Under the pieces are notes generated by a model. The model did not search any database. It saw nothing but the letters and a program-made list of their open reading frames with translations, and had not been told where the DNA came from. This document shows positions 11,738 to 24,735 of a DNA stretch of 44,385 nt, one piece after another (position 1 is the first letter of the stretch; each line of letters starts with the position of its first letter). The position numbers and the translations under genes are program-made. This DNA is from Octopus bimaculoides (taxonomy: Eukaryota), in the NCBI RefSeq assembly GCF_001194135.2, contig NC_068986.1, positions 67,004,085 to 67,048,469 on the forward strand, written 5' to 3'.

Positions 11738-12554
11738 NNNNNNNNNNNNNNNNNNNNNNNNNNNNNNNNNNNNNNNNNNNNNNNNNNNNNNNNNNNNNNN
11801 NNNNNNNNNNNNNNNNNNNNNNNNNNNNNNNNNNNNNNNNNNNNNNNNNNNNNNNNNNNNNNNNNNNNNNNNNNNNNNNNNNNNNNNNNNNNNNNNNNNN
11901 NNNNNNNNNNNNNNNNNNNNNNNNNNNNNNNNNNNNNNNNNNNNNNNNNNNNNNNNNNNNNNNNNNNNNNNNNNNNNNNNNNNNNNNNNNNNNNNNNNNN
12001 NNNNNNNNNNNNNNNNNNNNNNNNNNNNNNNNNNNNNNNNNNNNNNNNNNNNNNNNNNNNNNNNNNNNNNNNNNNNNNNNNNNNNNNNNNNNATATATAT
12101 ATATATATATATATACATATTAGTATATACTTACACACACACACACGCATGTATATATGATATAGAGAAATACTATAGCGACAATAGATTTCGGTAGTGT
12201 GTCTAACATATTATTGACAATAGTAGTTCTAGATAAGTATATAAGACAAGAAGCGGGTGGCATTGCTATAGAGTGTTGTATTCAAAACATATTCAGCTCA
12301 GTTGCTGTGTCCAACTGTGTGACTAGTTTTTGTCTCTTTATACTACACTTTCTTCCTTTATCTGTGTGTCTTCTCTCTCTCTCTCTCTGTATTTATATAT
12401 TAACAATTACATATAATACGCACACATGCACATATATGTGAAATATATTTATACACACTCACGTACGACGATTGTCTACTCATATGTTTAGCTCTCCCAT
12501 ACCTAACACGACGAAATATGAACCGATTTTCTTTCGTTTTGTTATTCTTTTACT

Positions 12555-12845
12555 TGTTTTTGTCAGTTAAACTGCGGACATTTAATGACATCACCTTCAA
12601 GAAATTTTGTTGAATGAATCGACCCCAGTATTCATTTTTAAAACCTGGTACTTATTCCACGATTCTTTTTGTCGAAGAGCTAAGGTACGGTGTGCGGAGA
12701 TACACCAATACCAGTTGTAAAGCAGTGATGGGAGACAAAACACACACACCCATACACACACACACGCACACATATACAAGATGGGCCTCTTTCAGTTCCC
12801 GTTTACCAAATCCACTCCAACGGGGTTTACCAGCATAACCGCAAC
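12555..12845 (-). mobile_element. tRNA-derived SINE, 3' and central part (head lost)
   Basis: GAATCGACCCCAG..CCTGGTACTTATTC..TTTCAGTTCCCGTTTACCAAATCCACTC is shared with the copies at 32850-34190, 37630 and 43836. Confidence 0.75.
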
Positions 12846-12847
12846 AA

Positions 12848-12887
<40 letters not shown>

Positions 12888-13689
12888 NNNNNNNNNNNNN
12901 NNNNNNNNNNNNNNNNNNNNNNNNNNNNNNNNNNNNNNNNNNNNNNNNNNNNNNNNNNNNNNNNNNNNNNNNNNNNNNNNNNNNNNNNNNNNNNNNNNNN
13001 NNNNNNNNNNNNNNNNNNNNNNNNNNNNNNNNNNNNNNNNNNNNNNNNNNNNNNNNNNNNNNNNNNNNNNNNNNNNNNNNNNNNNNNNNNNNNNNNNNNN
13101 NNNNNNNNNNNNNNNNNNNNNNNNNNNNNNNNNNNNNNNNNNNNNNNNNNNNNNNNNNNNNNNNNNNNNNNNNNNNNNNNNNNNNNNNNNNNNNNNNNNN
13201 NNNNNNNNNNNNNNNNNNNNNNNNNNNNNNNNNNNNNNNNNNNNNNNNNNNNNNNNNNNNNNNNNNNNNNNNNNNNNNNNNNNNNNNNNNNNNNNNNNNN
13301 NNNNNNNNNNNNNNNNNNNNNNNNNNNNNNNNNNNNNNNNNNNNNNNNNNNNNNNNNNNNNNNNNNNNNNNNNNNNNNNNNNNNNNNNNNNNNNNNNNNN
13401 NNNNNNNNNNNNNNNNNNNNNNNNNNNNNNNNNNNNNNNNNNNNNNNNNNNNNNNNNNNNNNNNNNNNNNNNNNNNNNNNNNNNNNNNNNNNNNNNNNNN
13501 NNNNNNNNNNNNNNNNNNNNNNNNNNNNNNNNNNNNNNNNNNNNNNNNNNNNNNNNNNNNNNNNNNNNNNNNNNNNNNNNNNNNNNNNNNNNNNNNNNNN
13601 NNNNNNNNNNNNNNNNNNNNNNNNNNNNNNNNNNNNNATATATATATATATACACATACATTTATATAGACACATATACATATATGAAA

Positions 13690-14310
13690 CCAATGGGTTT
13701 TTATGCATTTATGGACATCCTCCTGAAACCGTTTCTTAAAAACATCAGTAGCTATATGAGAGACGACTTGGATATGTTAAATTACCTCCCTCGAAAAAGT
13801 CAAGGGAGAAACAATCATGATATCATTTGATGTAATTAATTTATATACCAGTATATCTCATAATTATGGACCAGCGACAATTCAGTTCCGGCTGGACCAA
13901 ATATCCGGAAGAAATACCGGAAAGGATCAGCAAAGAATTCATAATTGAATCGGTTGAATTCATCCTGCGAAACAACCACTTCATGTTTGACAACACGTTT
14001 TATCGACAAATATCTAGAGTTGCCATGGGCACTAGGGTAGTCCTGGTCACTGCGACCTAATAATGGACTACCTGATAATAATAATATACCAGGAATCTTT
14101 TTCTACCTTTGGAAACCCTCTCTCCCAATGCATAAAAGAAAATTGGAAAAGATTCCTAGACGACTGTTTCATCCTCTGGAATGAAAACACAGAGAAAGTC
14201 CTGAAATTCAAAAGACTATTAAACAGCGTCAACCCAAACATACAGTTTACAGTGGAATACAACCAAAAGGAGCTCCCATTCTTGGATATACTTACTAAAG
14301 AAGTAAACCT
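13690..14310 (+). mobile_element. PLE reverse transcriptase fragment (separate lineage)
   Basis: DILLKPFLKNISSYMRDDLDML, SFDVINLYTSI (motif A), NNHFMFDNTFYRQISRVAMGT (motif B'), WKRFLDDCFILW (motif C), NPNIQFTVE..ELPFLDI. Confidence 0.92.
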
Positions 14311-14479
14311 AAAAATAGAAATTTCTCCAAAAACAATGTTACTATCCGCAAAATTTATAACATTTGTCTAACACAACGAGTTAAATATATTCTTTAACCA
14401 TATAACACAAGTCTTCAGTAGTTTTTTCGTTCTATTTTGCGTTTTATACATCCAACCACATGCATTCACATACCAACTT

Positions 14480-14527
14480 TCTTACACACACACATACACA
14501 CACGCACACACGCACGCACACACACAT

Positions 14528-14607
<80 letters not shown>
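14480..14607. repeat. (CA)n microsatellite
   Basis: Direct reading of the sequence. Confidence 0.95.
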
Positions 14608-14609
<2 letters not shown>

Positions 14610-15044
14610 GTTTGGAGGGATATATCATCCAGGCGGATTCCGTGGTGGCTCTCAGTTATGTTCCAGGTTACGGCTAACCGTATAAAACAGTATTTAACGT
14701 CTATGACTACTATTAGTTGTCAATCACTCTGTACATTCCCCCGATGGGTAATTCCGTGTTCGTTATACTGGATGGTAATATTGTCTGGAGTATATATTAG
14801 CAATTATTATCACGAAATAGAACATGGAAACTTGTTCATCCTCAAAATTTATTTGTTCTTATTTCACAATTATATACAGTATATTTTTATAGTCTTTATG
14901 ACCTACACATGTTTCCACTGCACATATGAGCAGTTGCAGATGTAACCTTGCACAATTTTCGGTGCAGCTTTTTCAGGGTCCATCTTATTTGTCTACTTTC
15001 GAAACAAAATGAGTGCAGTTAGTTTTTTGTTAGGATTCGGAGTG

Positions 15045-15168
<124 letters not shown>

Positions 15169-15559
15169 GGGGATATTTTGAAACTGAAATCTGATCCATT
15201 TGTGGACTTGTACTGTTGACCTCAAATTCACACCTGTTGCTCTCCGAAGTGAGGGCTCGGTCTAATTAGGTTGAGGTTGATAGCAGTGTTTATGCAAGGC
15301 TCTTTGTGCATTGTGGTGGCGGGGTATGATGTAACATTGTTTTCAAGTGCTGTACTTTTAGTGTAATGTTGTAGTGTGTTGTTCATATAGATCTAATTTT
15401 GACTGTGTTGTTTATGTTATGCAGTATACATTGGAGATGGTACATGCTAAGTTTGTAAAGGAGAGCTATGAATTTCTGGGATTTAGGATATGTCCTTCTA
15501 TCCATCCTTTTACACTCAACTGTGGGTGGGACAGTGGTTATCCAGAACTTTCTTCAAAT

Positions 15560-15835
15560 TTTTTGAAAGTCTTGTAGTTGTGTAATCATCATCAGGCCTT
15601 TTCAACTCTGGTATTAAGTAATGTGTTTCTCGATGTAAAGATTTGGCAGAATTCTTCTACACTTAAGTCACACTTACTTCCCCCGGCTGATATGGTTTAG
15701 CTGCACTGGTTATTTCCCATTCTACTGTAGAGCTATGTTTCCTGTCTTTAACTGACCAGATTAGTTTGCTTAGGCTAATATTATTTGTCTTTTTTTATCC
15801 TTAAAAGAATTTAAGTCGCACAATGTCCGACTTGC
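15560..15835 (-). mobile_element. PLE GIY-YIG C-terminal fragment
   Basis: Minus-strand SFKDKKR..SLSKLIWSVKDRKHSSTVEWEITSAAKPYQPG(G)SKCDLSVEE..LLNTR. This motif string is shared with 7435-7773, 21800-22090 and 27800-28080. Confidence 0.8.
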
Positions 15836-16460
15836 CTTCTCCACTAGCTGTAACCTAGCACAAAGAAGACTATCCCACTACCAAAGGAAGTGGGATAGTC
15901 TATGTATGTAGTGGAATACCTATGCATGAGTGTAAATGTGTCTACATGTGTGTATATATACGCATATGGTTTTGTTCGCATATATGCATACATATTCATA
16001 AGTCGTGTAAGTTGAGTGGAATGGGTGTAGATGCATGCATACACATGTCTGTAAGTATGAGTGCGTGCATGTATCTATACATGTAAGTATAAGTGTAAGT
16101 ATGTGCGTGTGCTTGTATATATACACTCCAAAATGATATATTCATCTTTTTACATGAAACCAACAATTTGTTTTATCATACAACTAGACATAAACACATA
16201 CATATACAGAGAAATGCACACACAGACACGAATACATATGTGCTTTTATGGATAAGATGCACAACAATAAAAGAATAAAGCAAGAATGAAGAAAGAATAA
16301 AGCAAGATCTATTATTATATTATTCACATTTTCCAACTCATTACAATAAACAAATACGTAGTCATACGTATTCATACGCATTCATATATGCATATATACA
16401 TACGTACATACATATATATGTATGTACACACACATATATATATGTGTATGTATGTATATG

Positions 16461-16518
<58 letters not shown>

Positions 16519-16989
16519 CGCTACGCATGTAGTATGGTATACATACATACAAACACATATACATATCAACAAACGCATACATATATCTGAGCATAGCATC
16601 AAATCAGACTCTCCATGCGCGCAATGATTTAAAAGATGATTCTATCTACATATGTAAGAAGACGCCGTCACCAACCAATTCTTTCCAGTTTACAAGTTTA
16701 TTAAAATTCACGACACTCTGTTACTTTGTTAGCGCAGCTGATTAGTTAAGTTGGAAAACATCCATAAACTTGCTCCCTTCATTCTTGGGAAATGAGTGCA
16801 AAATGAAAGCAGATATTAGTTCGAAAACTACATATAAATCTTTTGACTGCTTGTCTTTCAAGGTAATATGAACTGCCAAACTAAGTAGATTGAAGCATTG
16901 TTAGTGGACGTGATTAACGATAGATATATACACACAAAACTTACTCTGTACCGTCTCTCATCACTTACTCAGGCTGCTGCTGCTGTAAT

Positions 16990-16991
16990 GG

Positions 16992-17050
<59 letters not shown>
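16990..17050. repeat. (CTA)n microsatellite
   Basis: Direct reading of the sequence. Confidence 0.95.
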
Positions 17051-17052
<2 letters not shown>

Positions 17053-17601
17053 AGAATAGGAAGTCGTAGTACTAATATTCATTCGTATTCTTTCTAGGTT
17101 CTTTCTTGTTCTTCCCAATTAGGGCGTAGAGAACATCGCTAATTTATTTTGATGGCGGCATAAAAGTAGAAATCTATTGATTTTAGAAGCCAACAAGGCC
17201 TTAACAGAAGTCAGACGAACGTTTATGAAAGAATTTCCGGATCATTTTTCTTAAGCGAGCCATTCAATAGCTATGCCATTTTCATTTTCTCTTTGGCCTT
17301 TTTCAGAATGACGTGAATTTAGACTAATTGTCATTAAGTAATAAACAGGACCAGCTTGGTGAATTTCATCATAGATATGTTCGTTATTTCAATTCCTGTC
17401 ATCGTTTCATTAGTTATGACGAGTACACCAATAGAACTCAGATCTTTTTTATCGTCTTTCAGTTACAAAAACAAAAAAAGCAAAATAAAAAGTGATGAAT
17501 TCGATTATATATATGAGTGTGTTTACGTGTGTATGTGTGTTTGTATAAAAAATGTATATGTATATAAATATATATTCATGTATAAATATATATATACACA
17601 T

Positions 17602-17644
<43 letters not shown>

Positions 17645-19799
17645 CACATATACATATATGTATATATTTATACATATATACATATATGTATATATATATA
17701 TACATGCATAGATGTAAACAAACACACACACAAACACACGCACTCACACACACACACTCACACACACACACTCACATACACACACTCACACACACACACT
17801 CACAAATATATGTGTTCTGAAAGATATGCTTGGAAAAATAGAAGGGAAAAAAAAGAAACACTGCTTCTTTAGAATAGAGAAAGTTTCTTTCGACTAGGTA
17901 TAGACTAGACATAGGACCTATATATTCACCGTACCAAAGTTAACATGTATTTCCGTAGTGTGATCTGGATTAACTTTCGCGACTATTGATGTTTCTTATT
18001 GGCCTAAAATTCTATGACCTTGGCTATCAGCTTTCTCATGAGGGATGAAATATATACATTGAAAAGATTTATCTCTTGTGATCAGTGTTTTAAAATATAT
18101 TTACAACAAAATGCTCTCTAATATTCTAAAATCGTCTGAATTAATGTAAGAATTAGCAATGTATCTGTTTACATGTATCTGCTTACAGCTATTCATTTTG
18201 AATAATAGTAAAACCAAAGTCTTGTGTTTAAATCGCTGGCTAAATTAACACCAGAATTATGACATATTGTATTGGCATCCAATTATATCTTTTGTAAAGC
18301 ATGACAGGAGAAGCATATACGGGTGTTTTAATAAACTCATAGAAAAGAAAGTAGATTCAAATGTTTCGGTTAATGATTGTACGTGACCCTTCAATATAGG
18401 ATTGACAGAGCTCACTGTGCAGCCAGTATTTAGCGAAGTCTCCTCAGTGAATATTCTGGCTGGAATCTTCTTGATGTGATTTGTTACAGTCGCACTAGTG
18501 TAGGAGAGTCGTAAAAGTCATGGAGACTCCTGTATTTCCCTTAACAAATATATGTGACGTATTAATCGTTATCTCCCGTCCGTTAAGTTTCCTAATGATA
18601 TATATCTGTTTTTTCTTATTTCTTCTTCGACTATTGAGATTCTGATAGGAGTACTATTTTGTGGGGACTATTCTGTAGATCAGTTTCAAGGTTTCAGTAA
18701 GACTGTAAGTCTCGGATAGAGCTTGATCTCGAAGTATCAATTCACACGTCATTTATCACATCACGATAGTAAATGCATATAGTGAGGTTCGTACACGCGG
18801 TGATATGAAAAGCAGATATCAGTCAATTTTTTAAAGTCTTGATTCTGTGGAACTATGATAGAAAAACGTTCTCACCATGACCATCCTATTATTTTCTGTA
18901 AATTAAGAATTATATTCCTCAATATATCCTTAATTTAAAGTTATTGTGTAATTTGAGGAGAATTTAGCAGCTATTTCTAGTCATGGTTAGATATTATTCC
19001 GTTTGATGTAAGACGTGAGTGTATCTGCGTGTATGAATATGCACTTGTATGTGTACGTATTTTCTGTGTGCGTGGGCATGTGTTCATGTATATGACTCGT
19101 ATAAGCGTTCCAATGCTATTGTCTATTCCAATGGTAATACACGAAAATTGTCCAGAATTCTATAAACATACTGCTTTCATTACGAGTATTTCTGGGATTC
19201 TGGAGAATAATAGGTTTCTCTCTAATAACGTCGAATCAACTTAGAAATTCATCAGGCGTAGAAAATATGAAATTAATTCAGAACAGACTAAGACAATTAT
19301 TTAACGAAAACTAAAAAGAATTTCTTTAGATAGTGGATGAACAAACCTCTTATAAAATGAAAGCAAAATTTCTACATGTTAACAATTGACGGAGATTATT
19401 CGAAGAGAAAGATAGACGGAGAGGAATGGATGTGATAGCTCTTTGAATTAGTTAAGACTGTTTCATTTCAAAGTTGGACTACGGCCATCATGCAGTAGCG
19501 CATATTTACTATATTGCTACAGTAATGAAAATGCGTTCTTAACTACTTTCTTTTTACTGCATGGTAAATTTATACCCAGCATTTCTAAAGTTTTATGATG
19601 TTGCTGTCTATGTTTCAGATTTGGTAATGATTTACAGCATTAACACCATTCTGTCTAAATATATTATATTGCAATGCGATTAGCATATTCAGTTGTTTGC
19701 AATTCTGTACTATCCATCCATCCATCCATACACACATACATACATGCATACATATATTCTATATGTGTGTGTATGTACTTATATATGCTTATGTATATA

Positions 19800-19831
<32 letters not shown>

Positions 19832-20537
19832 NNNNNNNNNNNNNNNNNNNNNNNNNNNNNNNNNNNNNNNNNNNNNNNNNNNNNNNNNNNNNNNNNNNNN
19901 NNNNNNNNNNNNNNNNNNNNNNNNNNNNNNNNNNNNNNNNNNNNNNNNNNNNNNNNNNNNNNNNNNNNNNNNNNNNNNNNNNNNNNNNNNNNNNNNNNNN
20001 NNNNNNNNNNNNNNNNNNNNNNNNNNNNNNNNNNNNNNNNNNNNNNNNNNNNNNNNNNNNNNNNNNNNNNNNNNNNNNNNNNNNNNNNNNNNNNNNNNNN
20101 NNNNNNNNNNNNNNNNNNNNNNNNNNNNNNNNNNNNNNNNNNNNNNNNNNNNNNNNNNNNNNNNNNNNNNNNNNNNNNNNNNNNNNNNNNNNNNNNNNNN
20201 NNNNNNNNNNNNNNNNNNNNNNNNNNNNNNNNNNNNNNNNNNNNNNNNNNNNNNNNNNNNNNNNNNNNNNNNNNNNNNNNNNNNNNNNNNNNNNNNNNNN
20301 NNNNNNNNNNNNNNNNNNNNNNNNNNNNNNNNNNNNNNNNNNNNNNNNNNNNNNNNNNNNNNNNNNNNNNNNNNNNNNNNNNNNNNNNATATAAACATTA
20401 GAAATGTTTTAATTATAAATCTCACAGAGAGACTTAAGCAGCAGTGTTACGATAAAGCAGTTGGAAACTGTCAACTTAATGTGACAGTCTCAATAAGGGA
20501 ATCATACTGCTGCTATTTAGCCCTAGGAAGCTGGACC

Positions 20538-20735
20538 GCCACAATAAAACTCCGAGTTTCAGATGTTGGGGCGGAAACCTGCACCGGCATCTCATCAGTT
20601 ATCGAAGCAATTAATATATGCTATGACAATGACCGTTAACCAAAGGGAAATTACTATACAATTGACCGTTATTAAGACAAAAGAGCTATTAGAATGACCG
20701 TTAAATAAAGGGGAAAACGAAGGGGAAGAAAAGCA
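20538..20735 (-). repeat. Inverted pseudo-LTR copy at the PLE 5' truncation point (partner 22960-23164)
   Basis: About 200 bp that match the reverse complement of 22960-23164 closely by eye, e.g. GGGGCGGAAACCTGCACCGGCATCTC and TAATATATGCTATGA..ATGACCGTTAACCAA.GGGAAA. Confidence 0.92.
20542..20604 (-). ncRNA. Minimal type I hammerhead ribozyme
   Basis: Minus strand: CGATAA-CTGATGA-GATG..CATC-T-GAAA-CTC-G-GAG-T-T-TTATTG. Stem I has 6 pairs, the core is intact, stem III is near-palindromic and the cleavage triplet is GUU. Confidence 0.8.
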
Positions 20736-20736
20736 A

Positions 20737-22095
20737 GTTTATAGAAATTAGTACACAAGATAAGGACATAATCTTCTATTCTAGAAAGACTTTACTCTTC
20801 AGTGAAAACGCAAAGTGGGTCAAGACTACCGATACAGCAGGTGCTTTAGATGTGGGCATGTGATGGAGCAGGCATATGCGATCTCATTGGACTACTCCTA
20901 ATCGATACGTTGGGCTTCACTTTTCCTGACGAATATTTCGCCATTTACAAAGATGATGTCCTAGCTTTAACAACCGCAAATACCAATGGACCAACACAGG
21001 ATCGGTTTAGGAAGGACATTATCCAAATGATGAAAACTTTCAGTCTTAGCATAACTACAGATACCAACCTGACGGTTGTCAATTTCCTAGATGTATTCTT
21101 AGATCTAAATAAGAATATTTATAAACAATATAGGAAGCCCAACGATAGACTTAGTTATATTAATGTGGGTTCCTGCCATCCCCCCATAGTGTTTAAAAAT
21201 TTAGTTAAAAACATTAGTAAAATAATTTCTAACCTCTCTTCCGATAGGGACATTTTTAATAGCGTTGCCCCAGTATATAATAAGGCTCTAAAAGTAGAGT
21301 TCTATATTTAAGAGATGAGGAATTATGTACATTATTTACGATTGACGGATATTTGTCATCATCTTGTTACAACAAACAAGATGAGGTCAAATATCCGTCG
21401 ATTGTAAATAATGTAAATAAGGCTGTAAAATATATTGATTTTACCGAGGAAATAACCTATACACCTGTCACCAGTTCAAGAATAAAGAAAAGGAAACATA
21501 GGAATAGGAAAACCATCTGGTTCACATACCCCTACTCCCACGAAGTGACCTTTAATATAGGTAAGTATTTCTTAGCACTGATAGATAGACATTTTCTACT
21601 AATTTAAAAAATTTAATCGCACACAATATACAAAAACCACAAAATGAAACCAGGTGTTCATGCAAGGATAAAATTTGTGCCCGCTAAATGGAGCTTGAAT
21701 GTCCGAGACCATTATTTATGAAGCTACCGTAGACTCTACAACAACTAAGGGCACAGTTTACACAAAGAACAGTTTCGACAAAGAACTTACAGAGGGGAAT
21801 TTCAAAGCCAGGCTCAACAACCACAACTTGAGCTTTAGGCACTGGGATAAAAGGAAACGATAAAATTATCCAGTCACATATGGTCCTTAAAAGATAAAGG
21901 TGTCAGTTACAACATCCATTGGAAGATCTTAACCAACTGTAAGCCTTACACCAACGGCAGTGGAAAGTGTGATCTTTGTGATATGGAAAGATGGCTCATC
22001 TCGAATAGCAGCTTAGACCCCGCTACATGTCTAAGTTCAAGAACTGAACTTTTGGGATCATGTCCACAAGATCACAGATACAACTTGCTTTTTAT
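20737..22095 (+). mobile_element. Penelope-like element, 5'-truncated (RT motifs B'-E, thumb, GIY-YIG)
   Basis: SRKTLLF..WVK, DGAGICDLIGL, AIYKDDVL, VNFLDVFLDL..YRKPN..YINVGSCHPP, RKTIWFTYPYS..NIGKYFL.LIDRHF, IYEATV, EGNFKARLNNHNLSFRH, HIWSLKDKG..IHWKIL..PYTNGSGKCDLCDME, RTELLGSC. Confidence 0.95.
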
Positions 22096-22254
22096 ATTGT
22101 GTCCACGTACAAACTTTTTATCTCTCTATATTTTTATATATTTTTCTTATATATATTTACATATTTTTTTCATATTTATAGAGATATACATTTATATATT
22201 TATTACTTTATATATTTTTACACTTTGTTCTTATATTTTAACTGCCATCCTGCA

Positions 22255-22935
22255 TTTTTCTTGTGCATGTGCATATATGGACATGTATATGAATTTTGTG
22301 TGTGCGTGCGCGCGCGCGCGTGCGTGCGTGTTTGCGGGTATGTATATATGTACATGTATATGTACATGTGTATGGTGGTATATATACGTGGGTGTACATG
22401 CGAGTGTTCCACGCGAGTGTAAGTGAGTATATGCATATATAGAATGTACATATTTTAGAGGAGCGTTTGGATATAACAGTGCACGTACCCATACGTGCAC
22501 GTATGGGTACGCGCACGTGTGTGTGTGCGTGCGTGTGTGCAGATATACATATGTGTGCATCGTGCGTATGTGTGTGAAGGTATGTATATATGTACATGTG
22601 TATGTACATGTGTATGGTTCCATGTATGTGTGGATGTACATGTATGTGTTTCACGCGAGTGTGAGCGAGCATATCACGTGTGCTTATTTTTAGACGTGCA
22701 TTTGAATATAACTGTGCGCGTATGGTCATGTGCACGTGTGTGTGTGTGTGCGCGTGTGTGTGGATTTGAATACGTGTACAAGCATGGTTTCATATATATG
22801 CGCATCTATTTGGCGTATGTGTGGGTGCGCATGTGTGTGTTTCATGCGAGTCTGAGTGAACATATACATATAGGCACATGTACGTGGGTGTGCGTGCCCG
22901 CATGGGTATGTATGTACATGCGTGCATACGCGATT
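22255..22935. repeat. Degenerate alternating purine-pyrimidine array with ~240-bp higher-order units
   Basis: GTATGTATATATGTACATG recurs at 22338 and 22580. TTC(C)A(C/T)GCGAGT recurs at ~22408, ~22650 and ~22841. Confidence 0.8.
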
Positions 22936-22959
22936 GCTATGAACACTTTTTACTCCTTT

Positions 22960-23164
22960 ACTTTTTACTCCCTGCCTTTCGGTTTTCCCCTTATTCAACG
23001 GTCATTCTAATAGCCCTTTTGACTTCTTAGTAACGGTCAATTACATAATACTTTCCCATTGGTTAACGGTCATTTTCATAGCATATATTAAATGCCTCGA
23101 TAACTGAAGAGATGCCGGTGCAGGTTTCCGCCCCGACATCCGAAACTCGAAGTTTTATTATGGC
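22960..23164 (+). repeat. 3' pseudo-LTR of the PLE (sense copy)
   Basis: Partner of 20538-20735. It lies downstream of the GIY-YIG, and its HHR is in the same sense as the ORF. Confidence 0.88.
23098..23160 (+). ncRNA. Minimal type I hammerhead ribozyme (sense copy)
   Basis: CGATAA-CTGAAGA-GATGCCGG..CCGACATC-C-GAAA-CTC-G-AAG-T-T-TTATTA. The core is intact, with one mismatch each in stems I and III. Confidence 0.75.
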
Positions 23165-24687
23165 AACCGAATAATTGTTACCTATTATATTACAGATAAA
23201 TTCCTCTATTTACATAATATCGAGGTCTCTTTTATTCTTTTGTTGTCTTACCATTAATATCAATATATATGTATATATATATATATGTGTGTGTGTATAT
23301 ATATATGTATATATATATATATATATANNNNNNNNNNNNNNNNNNNNNNNNNNNNNNNNNNNNNNNNNNNNNNNNNNNNNNNNNNNNNNNNNNNNNNNNN
23401 NNNNNNNNNNNNNNNNNNNNNNNNNNNNNNNNNNNNNNNNNNNNNNNNNNNNNNNNNNNNNNNNNNNNNNNNNNNNNNNNNNNNNNNNNNNNNNNNNNNN
23501 NNNNNNNNNNNNNNNNNNNNNNNNNNNNNNNNNNNNNNNNNNNNNNNNNNNNNNNNNNNNNNNNNNNNNNNNNNNNNNNNNNNNNNNNNNNNNNNNNNNN
23601 NNNNNNNNNNNNNNNNNNNNNNNNNNNNNNNATATATACATGAATGTGCGTATATATGGACATATACATGAAAAGTAGAAACAGTACTGTACTGTATATT
23701 TTAAAAAAATTATAATTTGTATATATTTATTTTATTATAAATACAAAACAACACCACTGCGGAATCGACGTAGATGCAAATAATAAACCGCAATAGGTGA
23801 ACCAAGATAAGGCGAGGGATTACTGCTTGTATACATGCATGTATATGTGTGTGCGTGTGTGTGTTCACTTGCTTCAGCTTTATTTTATATATACTGTATA
23901 TATGTAGAAGGTTGAAAATGAACACATGAATTGATATAAGCCATAACTAATCGCAACAAAATATACAAAAAATTAAATTGACTAAAAAACAAATACACTA
24001 AAATAAGGTTTAACCAAAGAATAAGAGTGGAATAAAATCAAATGTCTGCTAATGGACATCCTAATATGGTAAAAGGTAAATGCGATTGTTCAAAGACATA
24101 TAGCGGATCGGTATGTGACTCAGGTCAACATGGCAAAGGAAAAAGAATTAAGGGAGTGACAGTTGGTTGATGATGATAAAAGATATGTTGAATAATAATA
24201 ATGATAATACATAATGCAGTGTATACTTTATTTATAAGCAGCGAAGCTATAACAGACTTAAGGTTTTAGAGAAGCGTGCCAAAGCATATTTCAAACTATA
24301 GAGAACCTACATCAAACCTATATGCTGAATATTCTAAAAACTTCGATAACTCCTTTGGAAAAAGAAAACCGTTAATGTCACGTGATGATCCAGATTTTCA
24401 GAATGAATGATTTTAACTTATATTTATCATATTTTTTATGATTTTTTAATTTTCCATATTTTTATGATATTTTTCATATTTTTGGTCATTTTTTTGTGTT
24501 ATTTGTTCTTTTACTTTACATAGTTTTTTTTTATACTTTATGCTTTGAATTCATGGTACAGTAGTATAGTCTTTTAGAGGTGTGTTTGTACGTGCATGCC
24601 ATAATATCTGTGAATTTGGACATGCACTTTTATAAATATTCGCATTCGTATGTTTATAACTATATAACCTACATGTAAATATACATT

Positions 24688-24735
<48 letters not shown>

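Noticed and set aside
18640-18850. ITIVNAYS peptide resembling a LINE APE endonuclease motif
   Set aside because: A single short motif with stops on both sides and no other APE motifs confirmed.
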